Part shown: positions 12,939 through 24,720 of the stretch, one piece after another | Numbering within the stretch: the stretch's first letter is position 1 | How the letters are laid out: the number at the start of each line of letters is the position of its first letter | DNA from: Flectonema sp. DT1601 | Taxonomy: Eukaryota | NCBI GenBank assembly: GCA_964019425.1 | Contig: OZ025788.1 | Coordinates: 868,001-932,000 of the forward strand | Reading direction: 5' to 3' | Length of the DNA: 64,000 nt | Program-made: the position numbers and the translations under genes | The notes under the pieces: generated by a model | What the model was told of the DNA's origin: nothing | The model's input: only the letters and a program-made list of their open reading frames with translations | Databases searched by the model: none

Positions 12939-15183
12939 TTACTTTCTCTTTGGTGCGGCCTTCTTGGCAGCCTTCTTCACAACCTTCTTGACGGTCTTCT
13001 TCACCTTGGCCTGTCCGTTGGTAACCTTGGCGTTAGGGTTCAATCTGTACATGACGGACTTGTTGGTGAGTGGGTTGCTGTGCTTGCGGACTGGCTGGGT
13101 GCTGACGGTACGGGCACGGCAGGCGTTCTTCACTTCCTCAGAGTTGATGATACGCTGAACGTCAGAGACGGTGACGGTTGGGCGTGGAAGGTTGTAGTTC
13201 TTCTTCACTTCGCTCTTGGCGTCAGCTCCTCCGAAGATGGCTGGAAGCTGCTCGAAGGCGGCCTTGGTCCAGATGATGAAACGTCCGACGTGACCACCTG
13301 GGGCGAGCTGGAGGAGGTTCAAGGACTTGACGTTGCAGGTGTCGATTCCTGTTTTAGATTATAATAATTACGTGAAAAATGAAACCATCAACCAAGCTTA
13401 TTCACACAGCCTGGCATCGCTATTGGTACCTCCATAGCGATGCTATGTTTCATCCATAGCTCTGTTTCAGATGAAAAGAACAGAGACTCACGACAAGATA
13501 ACAACATACCGGCGAGGTTCTTGAATGCACGAACACCGTCAGCCTCGGCGAAGACGACGAGAGGTCCACGACGGTTGACGTAACGTCTGTTTCTCATCTT
13601 ACCTCTTCCTGATCTCACTCTCTCGTTGACGGAAACACGTTCACAGTCGGTGGTGGCGTCGAGGTCGGAAAGGGCCTTTACGGCGTCCTTGGCCTTCTGC
13701 AACTTGTCAAGACCGTCAACAACAAGTGGGAACTCGGAAACTTCATCGATCTGTTTTGTTTTGTTTTATTTTGCTTTTTAGTTTTCGATGATATCTCACA
13801 ACGAAAAGAGAAACAAAGGAACATACCTTGTGTCCACGGGCCATGACGAGGGCTGGAACAGCGGAGGCAGCAAGGGCGCTGACGGTGGCGTAACGGCGCT
13901 GGTCACGATTGATACGTCTGTGCCACTTACGGAACACCTTCAATGGTGAGAACATGTGTCCTCCACGGCACATGTTTCCGTATGCTCCCTGTCCGGAACG
14001 GTGGGTTCCACCTCCTCCGGCACGTGGAATACGAGCCACGGCACGTCCCTGTTGTAGTTTTTTTTTTATTCACTGAGTTGATTAACCCGCGAAGAAGCAA
14101 TTCAGATAAGGGAACAGTCTTAACTGGAATTACAATTCATTACCGTTCTCTAAATAGTTACTATGTAAGTTGTAAATTAAGTCACCGACGACTGTTTCTG
14201 TTGCAGGAAACGGAACCCAAGGGAAGAAGTTACACGCACTCAATATTCGTCTTGCGATCTGGAATTGGTAAGCAGATGTGTCTTCGAAGGATTTCCTCAA
14301 AAAGTATCAATCTTAAGGATCGACATCCATACGTAACAACCAACATCGAGTCTCGGATCGACAGATCTCCCAAAGCAGAAGATGTCAACTTCTCAATGGG
14401 GTTGTGGTCATCCTTTCATTAAGGCTTTGCAACAACACCACTTCAAGCAATTACTCGAAGGGAGAAGGCGATCCAACGGATTGACGTCCCTTATTACTTG
14501 CATTCACTCAGGTGGATATTCTCATTAGTCATTGGTGCGACCCAACTAATAAAATTCTTTAATCACCATATTCACAACTAACTTCAGTCTCAGATCGACA
14601 GATCTCCCAAAGCAGAAGATGTCAACTTCTCAATGGGGTTGTGGTCATCCTTTCATTAAGGCTTTGCAACAACACCACTTCAAGCAATTACTCGAAGGGA
14701 GAAGGCGATCCAGCACATCGTCCCAGTAACCGACTTCCACAATTATTAATACTCTGTCTCGGATCGACAGATCTCCCAAAGCAGAAGATGTCAACTTCTC
14801 AATGGGGTTGTGGTCATCCTTAAGTTGTGATCATCATAAAACGCTTCTGAAGATCTTCCAGTAAACACCCTGATCAATCTCTTCAGAACGTTGCTCATCA
14901 ACAGTTCTGTTCTGCTGTTGATGAGACCACAGAGAAGGTAATTATCATGAGCCGCAATAATCACAAAAAAATAATAACATACAGTTCCCCATGACTCAGC
15001 GGTGGCCTGGTGACCAGCTCTTCTCATGACACCCTGGGCCTGACGAGAGTTCTTTCCCATGTCACGGTGAACGGTACGGACAACGTCTGGACGGATTGGG
15101 GCGCAGAAGACTTCTGGGAGGACAATCTTGTCTCCGGCTTTGCCATCAACTCCGAAGACGGTAACTTCTGGACGGGAGGCCAT
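12939..15183 (-). CDS. RPL4: 60S ribosomal protein L4 (uL4), copy 1; exons 15183-14983, 14048-13827, 13750-13510, 13348-12939 (357 aa)
   Basis: Motifs [57 protein letters not shown]. Three GT-AG introns give a 1074-nt frame. Confidence 0.97.
13371..13492 (-). ncRNA. Candidate structured RNA element in RPL4 intron 3 (same sequence at 15865-15986, 17860-17981, 19857-19978)
   Basis: Four directly abutting hairpins, a closing stem CGTGAG/TTCACG, and loop-loop complementarity TTTCATC/GATGAAA. Confidence 0.6.
14258..14330 (-). ncRNA. Candidate guide snoRNA in RPL4 intron 1 with an LSU rRNA antisense element (also 20744-20816)
   Basis: TCTGCTTACCAA is complementary to the conserved LSU sequence UUGGUAAGCAGA. 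Box-like ends (TGGATGT, CAGA) are degenerate. Confidence 0.5.
14353..14414 (-). ncRNA. Candidate box C/D snoRNA, module A (also 14590-14651, 14759-14820, 18657-18718, 20839-20900, 21076-21137, 21245-21306)
   Basis: 62 nt from AGGATGA (C-like) to CTGA/CCGA (D). The D-adjacent GATCTGTCGAT can pair, with G-U, to the conserved SSU segment GAUUGACAGAUU. Confidence 0.65.
14508..14566 (-). ncRNA. Candidate box C/D snoRNA, module D (also in intron 1 of copies 3 and 4)
   Basis: GTGATTA (C-like) ... ATGA ... AGAATATCCAC-CTGA (D). Retained as a unit between paralogous introns. Confidence 0.45.
14831..14948 (-). ncRNA. Candidate two-hairpin intronic RNA, module G (also in copies 3 and 4)
   Basis: Perfect 11-bp stem CTCATCAACAG/CTGTTGATGAG and stem TTCTGAAGA/TCTTCAGAA, bounded by ATGATAA and ATGATGA. 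Confidence 0.5.
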
Positions 15184-15432
15184 TTTTGGATTCAAAGATA
15201 TCTGAAAATATATTAATTTTTATAACTTGGATGGCATCTCAACTATCTAATCGCTGCATCCTAAATAGCCAGATGGTTAAACATTTCAAATGTCGTCTAT
15301 CTCTGCCTAGTATGGTTCGGTTGTCTTGTATAAAGAAGTAAATTATAATATACTCAGTTCTAAATTTTAAAAATAAAAAAAAGCAATTATTGCTTCATTT
15401 TTTTGATTTCAACGACGTCACATTTCCAAAAT

Positions 15433-16922
15433 TTACTTTCTCTTTGGTGCGGCCTTCTTGGCAGCCTTCTTCACAACCTTCTTGACGGTCTTCTTCACCT
15501 TGGCCTGTCCGTTGGTAACCTTGGCGTTAGGGTTCAATCTGTACATGACGGACTTGTTGGTGAGTGGGTTGCTGTGCTTGCGGACTGGCTGGGTGCTGAC
15601 GGTACGGGCACGGCAGGCGTTCTTCACTTCCTCAGAGTTGATGATACGCTGAACGTCAGAGACGGTGACGGTTGGGCGTGGAAGGTTGTAGTTCTTCTTC
15701 ACTTCGCTCTTGGCGTCAGCTCCTCCGAAGATGGCTGGAAGCTGCTCGAAGGCGGCCTTGGTCCAGATGATGAAACGTCCGACGTGACCACCTGGGGCGA
15801 GCTGGAGGAGGTTCAAGGACTTGACGTTGCAGGTGTCGATTCCTGTTTTAGATTATAATAATTACGTGAAAAATGAAACCATCAACCAAGCTTATTCACA
15901 CAGCCTGGCATCGCTATTGGTACCTCCATAGCGATGCTATGTTTCATCCATAGCTCTGTTTCAGATGAAAAGAACAGAGACTCACGACAAGATAACAACA
16001 TACCGGCGAGGTTCTTGAATGCACGAACACCGTCAGCCTCGGCGAAGACGACGAGAGGTCCACGACGGTTGACGTAACGTCTGTTTCTCATCTTACCTCT
16101 TCCTGATCTCACTCTCTCGTTGACGGAAACACGTTCACAGTCGGTGGTGGCGTCGAGGTCGGAAAGGGCCTTTACGGCGTCCTTGGCCTTCTGCAACTTG
16201 TCAAGACCGTCAACAACAAGTGGGAACTCAGAAACTTCATCGATCTGTTTTGTTTTGTTTTATTTTGCTTTTTAGTTTTCAATAAACGAGAAGAGAAACA
16301 AAGGAACATACCTTGTGTCCACGGGCCATGACGAGGGCTGGAACAGCGGAGGCAGCAAGGGCGCTGACGGTGGCGTAACGGCGCTGGTCACGATTGATAC
16401 GTCTGTGCCACTTACGGAACACCTTCAATGGTGAGAACATGTGTCCTCCACGACACATGTTTCCGTATGCTCCCTGTCCGGAACGGTGGGTACCACCTCC
16501 TCCGGCACGTGGAATACGAGCCACGGCACGTCCCTGTTGTAAGTAAGTTGGTATTTTTAATTGCCCACTTGACAGCCACCGTAAGAATCTTAAAGTGAAT
16601 GGACTAGTTAGAGAAGTTTTTATGTTTCACAAAATATGTTATTAAGTACACTAATTTAAATAAATAACAATATCAATAATTTATCATACAACCACATAAT
16701 CACAAAAAAATAATAACATACAGTTCCCCATGACTCAGCGGTGGCCTGGTGACCAGCTCTTCTCATGACACCCTGGGCCTGACGAGAGTTCTTTCCCATG
16801 TCACGGTGAACGGTACGGACAACGTCTGGACGGATTGGGGCGCAGAAGACTTCTGGGAGGACAATCTTGTCTCCGGCTTTGCCATCAACTCCGAAGACGG
16901 TAACTTCTGGACGGGAGGCCAT
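15433..16922 (-). CDS. RPL4: 60S ribosomal protein L4, copy 2 (intron 1 only 188 nt, 16534-16721)
   Basis: Exons nearly identical to copy 1, with the same intron positions. Confidence 0.97.
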
Positions 16923-17427
16923 TTTGGAAATGTGTCGAGTTCTGAAGTGAAATATAAAAACAATAAATTCAAACTAAGCAAAAAGAATTTTCAAGTGACA
17001 ACATGCGGAAAACAATTTTAGCCAAAACCTTTCCATCACATCAGTCGGGTCACAAAAGATTATTCTATCTTGGAGCGGGTTCTGTCTCACTAATTCTATA
17101 AACAGAACTAGTCGATCATCTGCAAGTATTCATCTACTGTTACAGATTGTCCTGAGTAAATAACAATGACGAGACACAATAAAACTATTTAAATGATCAT
17201 AGAATAATCGAAATGACAAGAAGTGAATAAAGGCACTGAACTCCACAAGAGAATTCCAGTAGGCGATCGTTTTTTTTTTTTTTTTTTGTTGGTTTTCAAT
17301 TCCTTGATCAGATAAAAGAGAAAAATAAAAACATTTCCCTAAACTTTTTTTTGTTTTTTTTTTTTGGTGTTTTGTTTTCATAGGGAGGAAGAATTAGTAG
17401 TCGAGATGTCCAAAGTCAGCAACTCGC

Positions 17428-19081
17428 TTACTTTCTCTTTGGTGCGGCCTTCTTGGCAGCCTTCTTCACAACCTTCTTGACGGTCTTCTTCACCTTGGCC
17501 TGTCCGTTGGTAACCTTGGCGTTAGGGTTCAATCTGTACATGACGGACTTGTTGGTGAGTGGGTTGCTGTGCTTGCGGACTGGCTGGGTGCTGACGGTAC
17601 GGGCACGGCAGGCGTTCTTCACTTCCTCAGAGTTGATGATACGCTGAACGTCAGAGACGGTGACGGTTGGGCGTGGAAGGTTGTAGTTCTTCTTCACTTC
17701 GCTCTTGGCGTCAGCTCCTCCGAAGATGGCTGGAAGCTGCTCGAAGGCGGCCTTGGTCCAGATGATGAAACGTCCGACGTGACCACCTGGGGCGAGCTGG
17801 AGGAGGTTCAAGGACTTGACGTTGCAGGTGTCGATTCCTGTTTTAGATTATAATAATTACGTGAAAAATGAAACCATCAACCAAGCTTATTCACACAGCC
17901 TGGCATCGCTATTGGTACCTCCATAGCGATGCTATGTTTCATCCATAGCTCTGTTTCAGATGAAAAGAACAGAGACTCACGACAAGATAACAACATACCG
18001 GCGAGGTTCTTGAATGCACGAACACCGTCAGCCTCGGCGAAGACGACGAGAGGTCCACGACGGTTGACGTAACGTCTGTTTCTCATCTTACCTCTTCCTG
18101 ATCTCACTCTCTCGTTGACGGAAACACGTTCACAGTCGGTGGTGGCGTCGAGGTCGGAAAGGGCCTTTACGGCGTCCTTGGCCTTCTGCAACTTGTCAAG
18201 ACCGTCAACAACAAGTGGGAACTCGGAAACTTCATCGATCTGTTTTGTTTTGTTTTATTTTGCTTTTTAGTTTTCGATGATATCTCACAACGAAAAGAGA
18301 AACAAAGGAACATACCTTGTGTCCACGGGCCATGACGAGGGCTGGAACAGCGGAGGCAGCAAGGGCGCTGACGGTGGCGTAACGGCGCTGGTCACGATTG
18401 ATACGTCTGTGCCACTTACGGAACACCTTCAATGGTGAGAACATGTGTCCTCCACGACACATGTTTCCGTATGCTCCCTGTCCGGAACGGTGGGTTCCAC
18501 CTCCTCCGGCACGTGGAATACGAGCCACGGCACGTCCCTGTTGTAAGTTAGTTGGTATTTTTAATTGCATTCACTCAGGTGGATATTCTCATTAGTCATT
18601 GGTGCGACCCAACTAATAACATTCTTTAATCACCATATTCACAACTAACTTCAGTCTCAGATCGACAGATCTCCCAAAGCAGAAGATGTCAACTTCTCAA
18701 TGGGGTTGTGGTCATCCTTAAGTTGTGATCATCATAAAACGCTTCTGAAGATCTTCCAGTAAACACCCTGATCAATCTCTTCAGAACGTTGCTCATCAAC
18801 AGTTCTGTTCTGCTGTTGATGAGACCACAGAGAAGGTAATTATCATGAGCCGCAATAATCACAAAAAAATAATAACATACAGTTCCCCATGACTCAGCGG
18901 TGGCCTGGTGACCAGCTCTTCTCATGACACCCTGGGCCTGACGAGAGTTCTTTCCCATGTCACGGTGAACGGTACGGACAACGTCTGGACGGATTGGGGC
19001 GCAGAAGACTTCTGGGAGGACAATCTTGTCTCCGGCTTTGCCATCAACTCCGAAGACGGTAACTTCTGGACGGGAGGCCAT
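17428..19081 (-). CDS. RPL4: 60S ribosomal protein L4, copy 3 (intron 1 343 nt, 18538-18880)
   Basis: Exons nearly identical to copy 1, with the same intron positions. Confidence 0.97.
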
Positions 19082-19424
19082 TTTAGTAAAGAAATGAATA
19101 GATATCTGATTAATAATAAAATAATAAATTCACAACTATCACCGACTGAATAATCTCATATCCACACCAGTGTTGTCCTTCAGACTGAATATAGAACCCT
19201 CCCATATTAGGTTTATTCATGGTGTCGATCAGTGCTGGGAAGAGTAGTGTTAACGAAATTAAATGCACCCTGCGTTAGGTAGGTTTTTATTGGTTTTTCA
19301 GGTCGTTGATAAAAACGGGCCAAAAAAAAAGGCCGCAAAACAAATAAGAAAATATTGAAAAAGAGCTTTTGTTTTCATAGGGAGGAAGAATTAGTAGTCG
19401 AGATGTCCAAAGTCAGCAACTCGC

Positions 19425-21669
19425 TTACTTTCTCTTTGGTGCGGCCTTCTTGGCAGCCTTCTTCACAACCTTCTTGACGGTCTTCTTCACCTTGGCCTGT
19501 CCGTTGGTAACCTTGGCGTTAGGGTTCAATCTGTACATGACGGACTTGTTGGTGAGTGGGTTGCTGTGCTTGCGGACTGGCTGGGTGCTGACGGTACGGG
19601 CACGGCAGGCGTTCTTCACTTCCTCAGAGTTGATGATACGCTGAACGTCAGAGACGGTGACGGTTGGGCGTGGAAGGTTGTAGTTCTTCTTCACTTCGCT
19701 CTTGGCGTCAGCTCCTCCGAAGATGGCTGGAAGCTGCTCGAAGGCGGCCTTGGTCCAGATGATGAAACGTCCGACGTGACCACCTGGGGCGAGCTGGAGG
19801 AGGTTCAAGGACTTGACGTTGCAGGTGTCGATTCCTGTTTTAGATTATAATAATTACGTGAAAAATGAAACCATCAACCAAGCTTATTCACACAGCCTGG
19901 CATCGCTATTGGTACCTCCATAGCGATGCTATGTTTCATCCATAGCTCTGTTTCAGATGAAAAGAACAGAGACTCACGACAAGATAACAACATACCGGCG
20001 AGGTTCTTGAATGCACGAACACCGTCAGCCTCGGCGAAGACGACGAGAGGTCCACGACGGTTGACGTAACGTCTGTTTCTCATCTTACCTCTTCCTGATC
20101 TCACTCTCTCGTTGACGGAAACACGTTCACAGTCGGTGGTGGCGTCGAGGTCGGAAAGGGCCTTTACGGCGTCCTTGGCCTTCTGCAACTTGTCAAGACC
20201 GTCAACAACAAGTGGGAACTCGGAAACTTCATCGATCTGTTTTGTTTTGTTTTATTTTGCTTTTTAGTTTTCGATGATATCTCACAACGAAAAGAGAAAC
20301 AAAGGAACATACCTTGTGTCCACGGGCCATGACGAGGGCTGGAACAGCGGAGGCAGCAAGGGCGCTGACGGTGGCGTAACGGCGCTGGTCACGATTGATA
20401 CGTCTGTGCCACTTACGGAACACCTTCAATGGTGAGAACATGTGTCCTCCACGGCACATGTTTCCGTATGCTCCCTGTCCGGAACGGTGGGTTCCACCTC
20501 CTCCGGCACGTGGAATACGAGCCACGGCACGTCCCTGTTGTAGTTTTTTTTTTATTCACTGAGTTGATTAACCCGCGAAGAAGCAATTCAGATAAGGGAA
20601 CAGTCTTAACTGGAATTACAATTCATTACCGTTCTCTAAATAGTTACTATGTAAGTTGTAAATTAAGTCACCGACGACTGTTTCTGTTGCAGGAAACGGA
20701 ACCCAAGGGAAGAAGTTACACGCACTCAATATTCGTCTTGCGATCTGGAATTGGTAAGCAGATGTGTCTTCGAAGGATTTCCTCAAAAAGTATCAATCTT
20801 AAGGATCGACATCCATACGTAACAACCAACATCGAGTCTCGGATCGACAGATCTCCCAAAGCAGAAGATGTCAACTTCTCAATGGGGTTGTGGTCATCCT
20901 TTCATTAAGGCTTTGCAACAACACCACTTCAAGCAATTACTCGAAGGGAGAAGGCGATCCAACGGATTGACGTCCCTTATTACTTGCATTCACTCAGGTG
21001 GATATTCTCATTAGTCATTGGTGCGACCCAACTAATAAAATTCTTTAATCACCATATTCACAACTAACTTCAGTCTCAGATCGACAGATCTCCCAAAGCA
21101 GAAGATGTCAACTTCTCAATGGGGTTGTGGTCATCCTTTCATTAAGGCTTTGCAACAACACCACTTCAAGCAATTACTCGAAGGGAGAAGGCGATCCAGC
21201 ACATCGTCCCAGTAACCGACTTCCACAATTATTAATACTCTGTCTCGGATCGACAGATCTCCCAAAGCAGAAGATGTCAACTTCTCAATGGGGTTGTGGT
21301 CATCCTTAAGTTGTGATCATCATAAAACGCTTCTGAAGATCTTCCAGTAAACACCCTGATCAATCTCTTCAGAACGTTGCTCATCAACAGTTCTGTTCTG
21401 CTGTTGATGAGACCACAGAGAAGGTAATTATCATGAGCCGCAATAATCACAAAAAAATAATAACATACAGTTCCCCATGACTCAGCGGTGGCCTGGTGAC
21501 CAGCTCTTCTCATGACACCCTGGGCCTGACGAGAGTTCTTTCCCATGTCACGGTGAACGGTACGGACAACGTCTGGACGGATTGGGGCGCAGAAGACTTC
21601 TGGGAGGACAATCTTGTCTCCGGCTTTGCCATCAACTCCGAAGACGGTAACTTCTGGACGGGAGGCCAT
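19425..21669 (-). CDS. RPL4: 60S ribosomal protein L4, copy 4 (intron 1 934 nt, 20535-21468)
   Basis: Matches copy 1 from ATG to stop, introns included, at offset 6486. Confidence 0.97.
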
Positions 21670-22098
21670 TTTAGTGGTTTGAACGATGAGATGCTGGTGA
21701 GATAATTTATAACAACGACAAGGAAGACTAAAAGTCTTCCTTGTCAAAAGTCACACTAAAAGGCCTCATCACTAACAATAAGAACTGTCCTTATTCTGAA
21801 AGAGTTAATAATAAGTGAATAAATGAGTATTTCTACACCCCAACTTGCACACTCGTAAACAAATGAATATTAGCGGAATCGCAATAACTAAATAAAGGCA
21901 AATGGTTACTCGCCTGGTGTAAAGGCTAGTAGCTAACTAAGATGGCTATCCTCATTCTAGCAGGAGATGGAAAGGATTTCCAAGAGGGAACAGAGCTCGG
22001 GTTTGTTAATAACTCGGAACAGAATCAATAAGATGAATAAACAAAAAACAAAGAGCAACAGTGTCTTTGGTGGGTGTCGAGGTGCGATCAAATCAGAA

Positions 22099-24720
22099 TT
22101 ACGGAAACCCCTCCCCAGCGTCTTCGTCTCCGTCACTCCCATCACCGAAGGTACCAAATGCTGTAAAGGTTCCAAAAGGGTTATCATTTGATTGCTTTGT
22201 TCGGGAAGCTTTATCTTTTGCGTCTTCGAGTCTTTCAATAGCCTCCTCAGATAAGGAGTCAAGGTAAGCATCACCTCCATTGTCTGTTACTCGAAGTTCT
22301 GAACCGTACTCCAGTAGCAGTTCACAGACTCTCATGTAATGGCTACGGTTTCGATGTAGGTGCTGTTTGTTTGTCTTTTATGTCTGCGACGGATAATTAA
22401 TATGAAATAATACCGATACTGATCACAACATACCTTTAGTGCCCAATGGAGAGGAGTACGGCCTTCGCCGTCTCGTATGTTAACGAAGTCTTTCCCTTTT
22501 GTTTGGACACCTTCGATTATCATCATTTCAGTGGCGTCTATTTCACCCTCACCTGCTGCCCAGTGTAGAGGAGTAATTACATTTTTTGTTGCTGCTCCAA
22601 CATCTGCTCCGTACTCCAGTAAGAGTGTGCACATTTTACAATCACCAGATGCTGCAGCCCAGTGAAGAGGTGTTCTTCCTTCAGAGTCACATGTCTTTAC
22701 ACTAACTTTATGTTTTGTAATAAGTTCCTCTGACAGTGATGAGTGCTCAGGACCTGTTGTATTTAATTATTAATTGTTTGCTTCATATGGTACCAGACCC
22801 TCACTGACATTGATAACCCAAGGTAATTGACTATCCAAGAGATCAAAGCGAATTGCAGGGGAGGCTGCTCTGCGCTCACAGGCCGATCTTTAATTAGATT
22901 GCCGAAATCCCCATAAAAAGTACTAAGGGCAAACGAAATCATGCCCAGCAGGTGGACAGTTATGGGGCATAAGAACAGGGGATGTCACTCCGGTCTGTCT
23001 TTAATTTTAAATAAGTATTAAACTAGTCCAACTGATCATGCTAACTCAATATTTTTTTTTATGCAAGAGATACCAACACGCAAGAGATACCAACGCACAT
23101 ACGAGATACCAGCACTTCCGAGATACCGACACACAAGAGACTAGAGATACCCCTTCCAGGCTTGTTTCCTATGAGGAAGTAATATTGGACAATCAGATGA
23201 GCGAGAAGTAATCACCACTTCACGTTTCAAAAACAGAATCCATGAATATGCCATTTTTATTAAAGAAAATGCTACCTAATGTTAAGCAGCGCTTTCAATG
23301 TGTGTTAATTATTCCGCAACTTCATTGAGAGGGTTTTTAATCGAAAAGTAGCAGTAAGCACGCTTTAGAGTTGGTGCAATGTGGGTTGCAGTCCCTTTCA
23401 AGTCTGTCCCGATCTGTCATAATGTACCATAATACATGAAGACATACCTTGATGTAAAGCAACAGCTAATGGACTGTTTCCATCTTTGTCAGTTATGCTC
23501 CCGTCAGCTCCTGCCCGTAGGATATGAAGAGCAGCTTTCTTTCTATCATTATGAAGAGCTGACAGTAATGGAGTGTGACCATTAGAATCAATAGTATTAA
23601 GAGGGACACCAACTGATATTAATAAATCAATAACTTTGTAATGACCATTAGCAGCTGCAACAGAGAGAGGAGTCCGATTGCGGGAATCGAACAAGGCAGC
23701 ATTTGGATGAACTTCCAAGAGATGAGTCAGCATACCAACATCACCACAAGAAGCCACTAAGTGAATTGCTGTTACTTTTTGATCATCAGAAGCAGCCACA
23801 TCAGCTCCTTCATTAATTAAGATTACACTTAGCCTACCGTGACCTTTTTGTAATGAATTGTGAAGAGGAGTTCGAAGGCGTCTGTTCCTTGCTGTTGTTG
23901 ACGCTCCCGAATCGAGCATCATTTGCAGCAATTCAGCAAGAATCGGTTGCTTAACTCCACTCGACATTAAGAAGTGAAGCGGCGTATTCATTTCATTGTC
24001 GCACACAGCGACATCTGCATTCTCCTTCAATAGCCATTTTGTTGCCGCATGAGATTGCGCCGTACACGATAAGTGAAGTGGTGTAGAACCTCTTTTATTA
24101 GCAACGTTAAAGTTAACATTTCGTTGTTTTAATAAATCCATTATTTGAACTCGATTAGTAGCGGCAGCAAGGTGACTAGCATGCCAACCATAATCATTAA
24201 CAACGTCTATGTTAATATCAGGGTGTTTTAATAGAATCCTAACAAGAGCTATATTCCCTTTTGTACAGGCTAAATGCAATGGGGTACACGAACTGTTTGT
24301 CGTGTCGGGTAGGTTCGGGTTTGCACCCCGTGAGATTAGTAGTTCTAAGAAGGCTGAATATCCCGATGATTTCTCACAAATAACATGAATTAAAGCCTTT
24401 CCTCCAACACAAACATTCGCATCGACACCACAGCAAAGCAACAGATTTGTCATCCGAATGCTGTCTTCACTCGTAACTGTATTGTGGATAATCGGTCCCA
24501 GCAGTTGTACATTTCGAAACCGCCTTCCTTTTACTATTTTCTCTAACACTTCGACGTCTCCAGAAGTAACGGCATTGCGAATTTCTAGGAGTTCTGATCC
24601 GGTCAGATTTTGCCGCCTCCGTCTCTGTCGCTGGCACTTCAACAAATTAGATACGACGCATCGAGCAACCAGCCCCCCCGCTATCGCTGTAGCAATTACG
24701 AGGGGAGGGCTTGCTGACAT
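22099..24720 (-). CDS. Ankyrin-repeat protein (618 aa); exons 24720-23448, 22753-22434, 22362-22099
   Basis: Many TPLH-type ankyrin repeats. GTATGT..ACAG introns 23447-22754 and 22433-22363 join three track ORFs into one 1857-nt frame. N-terminus is hydrophobic. Confidence 0.85.
22794..22997 (-). ncRNA. Candidate ~200-nt structured intronic RNA
   Basis: Terminal stems CAGACC/GGTCTG and TGACAT/ATGTCA enclose three hairpin arms. G-U pairs favour the minus strand. Confidence 0.5.
23063..23151. repeat. Degenerate minisatellite of GAGATACC units next to a T run
   Basis: Five GAGATACC cores at ~16-24-nt spacing. Confidence 0.8.

Noticed and set aside
13371..13492. Hammerhead ribozyme in RPL4 intron 3
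   Set aside because: CTGA and GAAA are present but not in the CUGANGA-stem II-GAAA-stem III arrangement.
13943..14422. 159-aa plus-strand ORF (repeated at 20429-20908) and other antisense ORFs over RPL4
   Set aside because: They are antisense to RPL4 exons and introns, and recur only because the gene is duplicated.
23063..23151. CRISPR-like repeat-spacer array
   Set aside because: The core is only 8 nt and the linkers are short and related to each other; this is a minisatellite.
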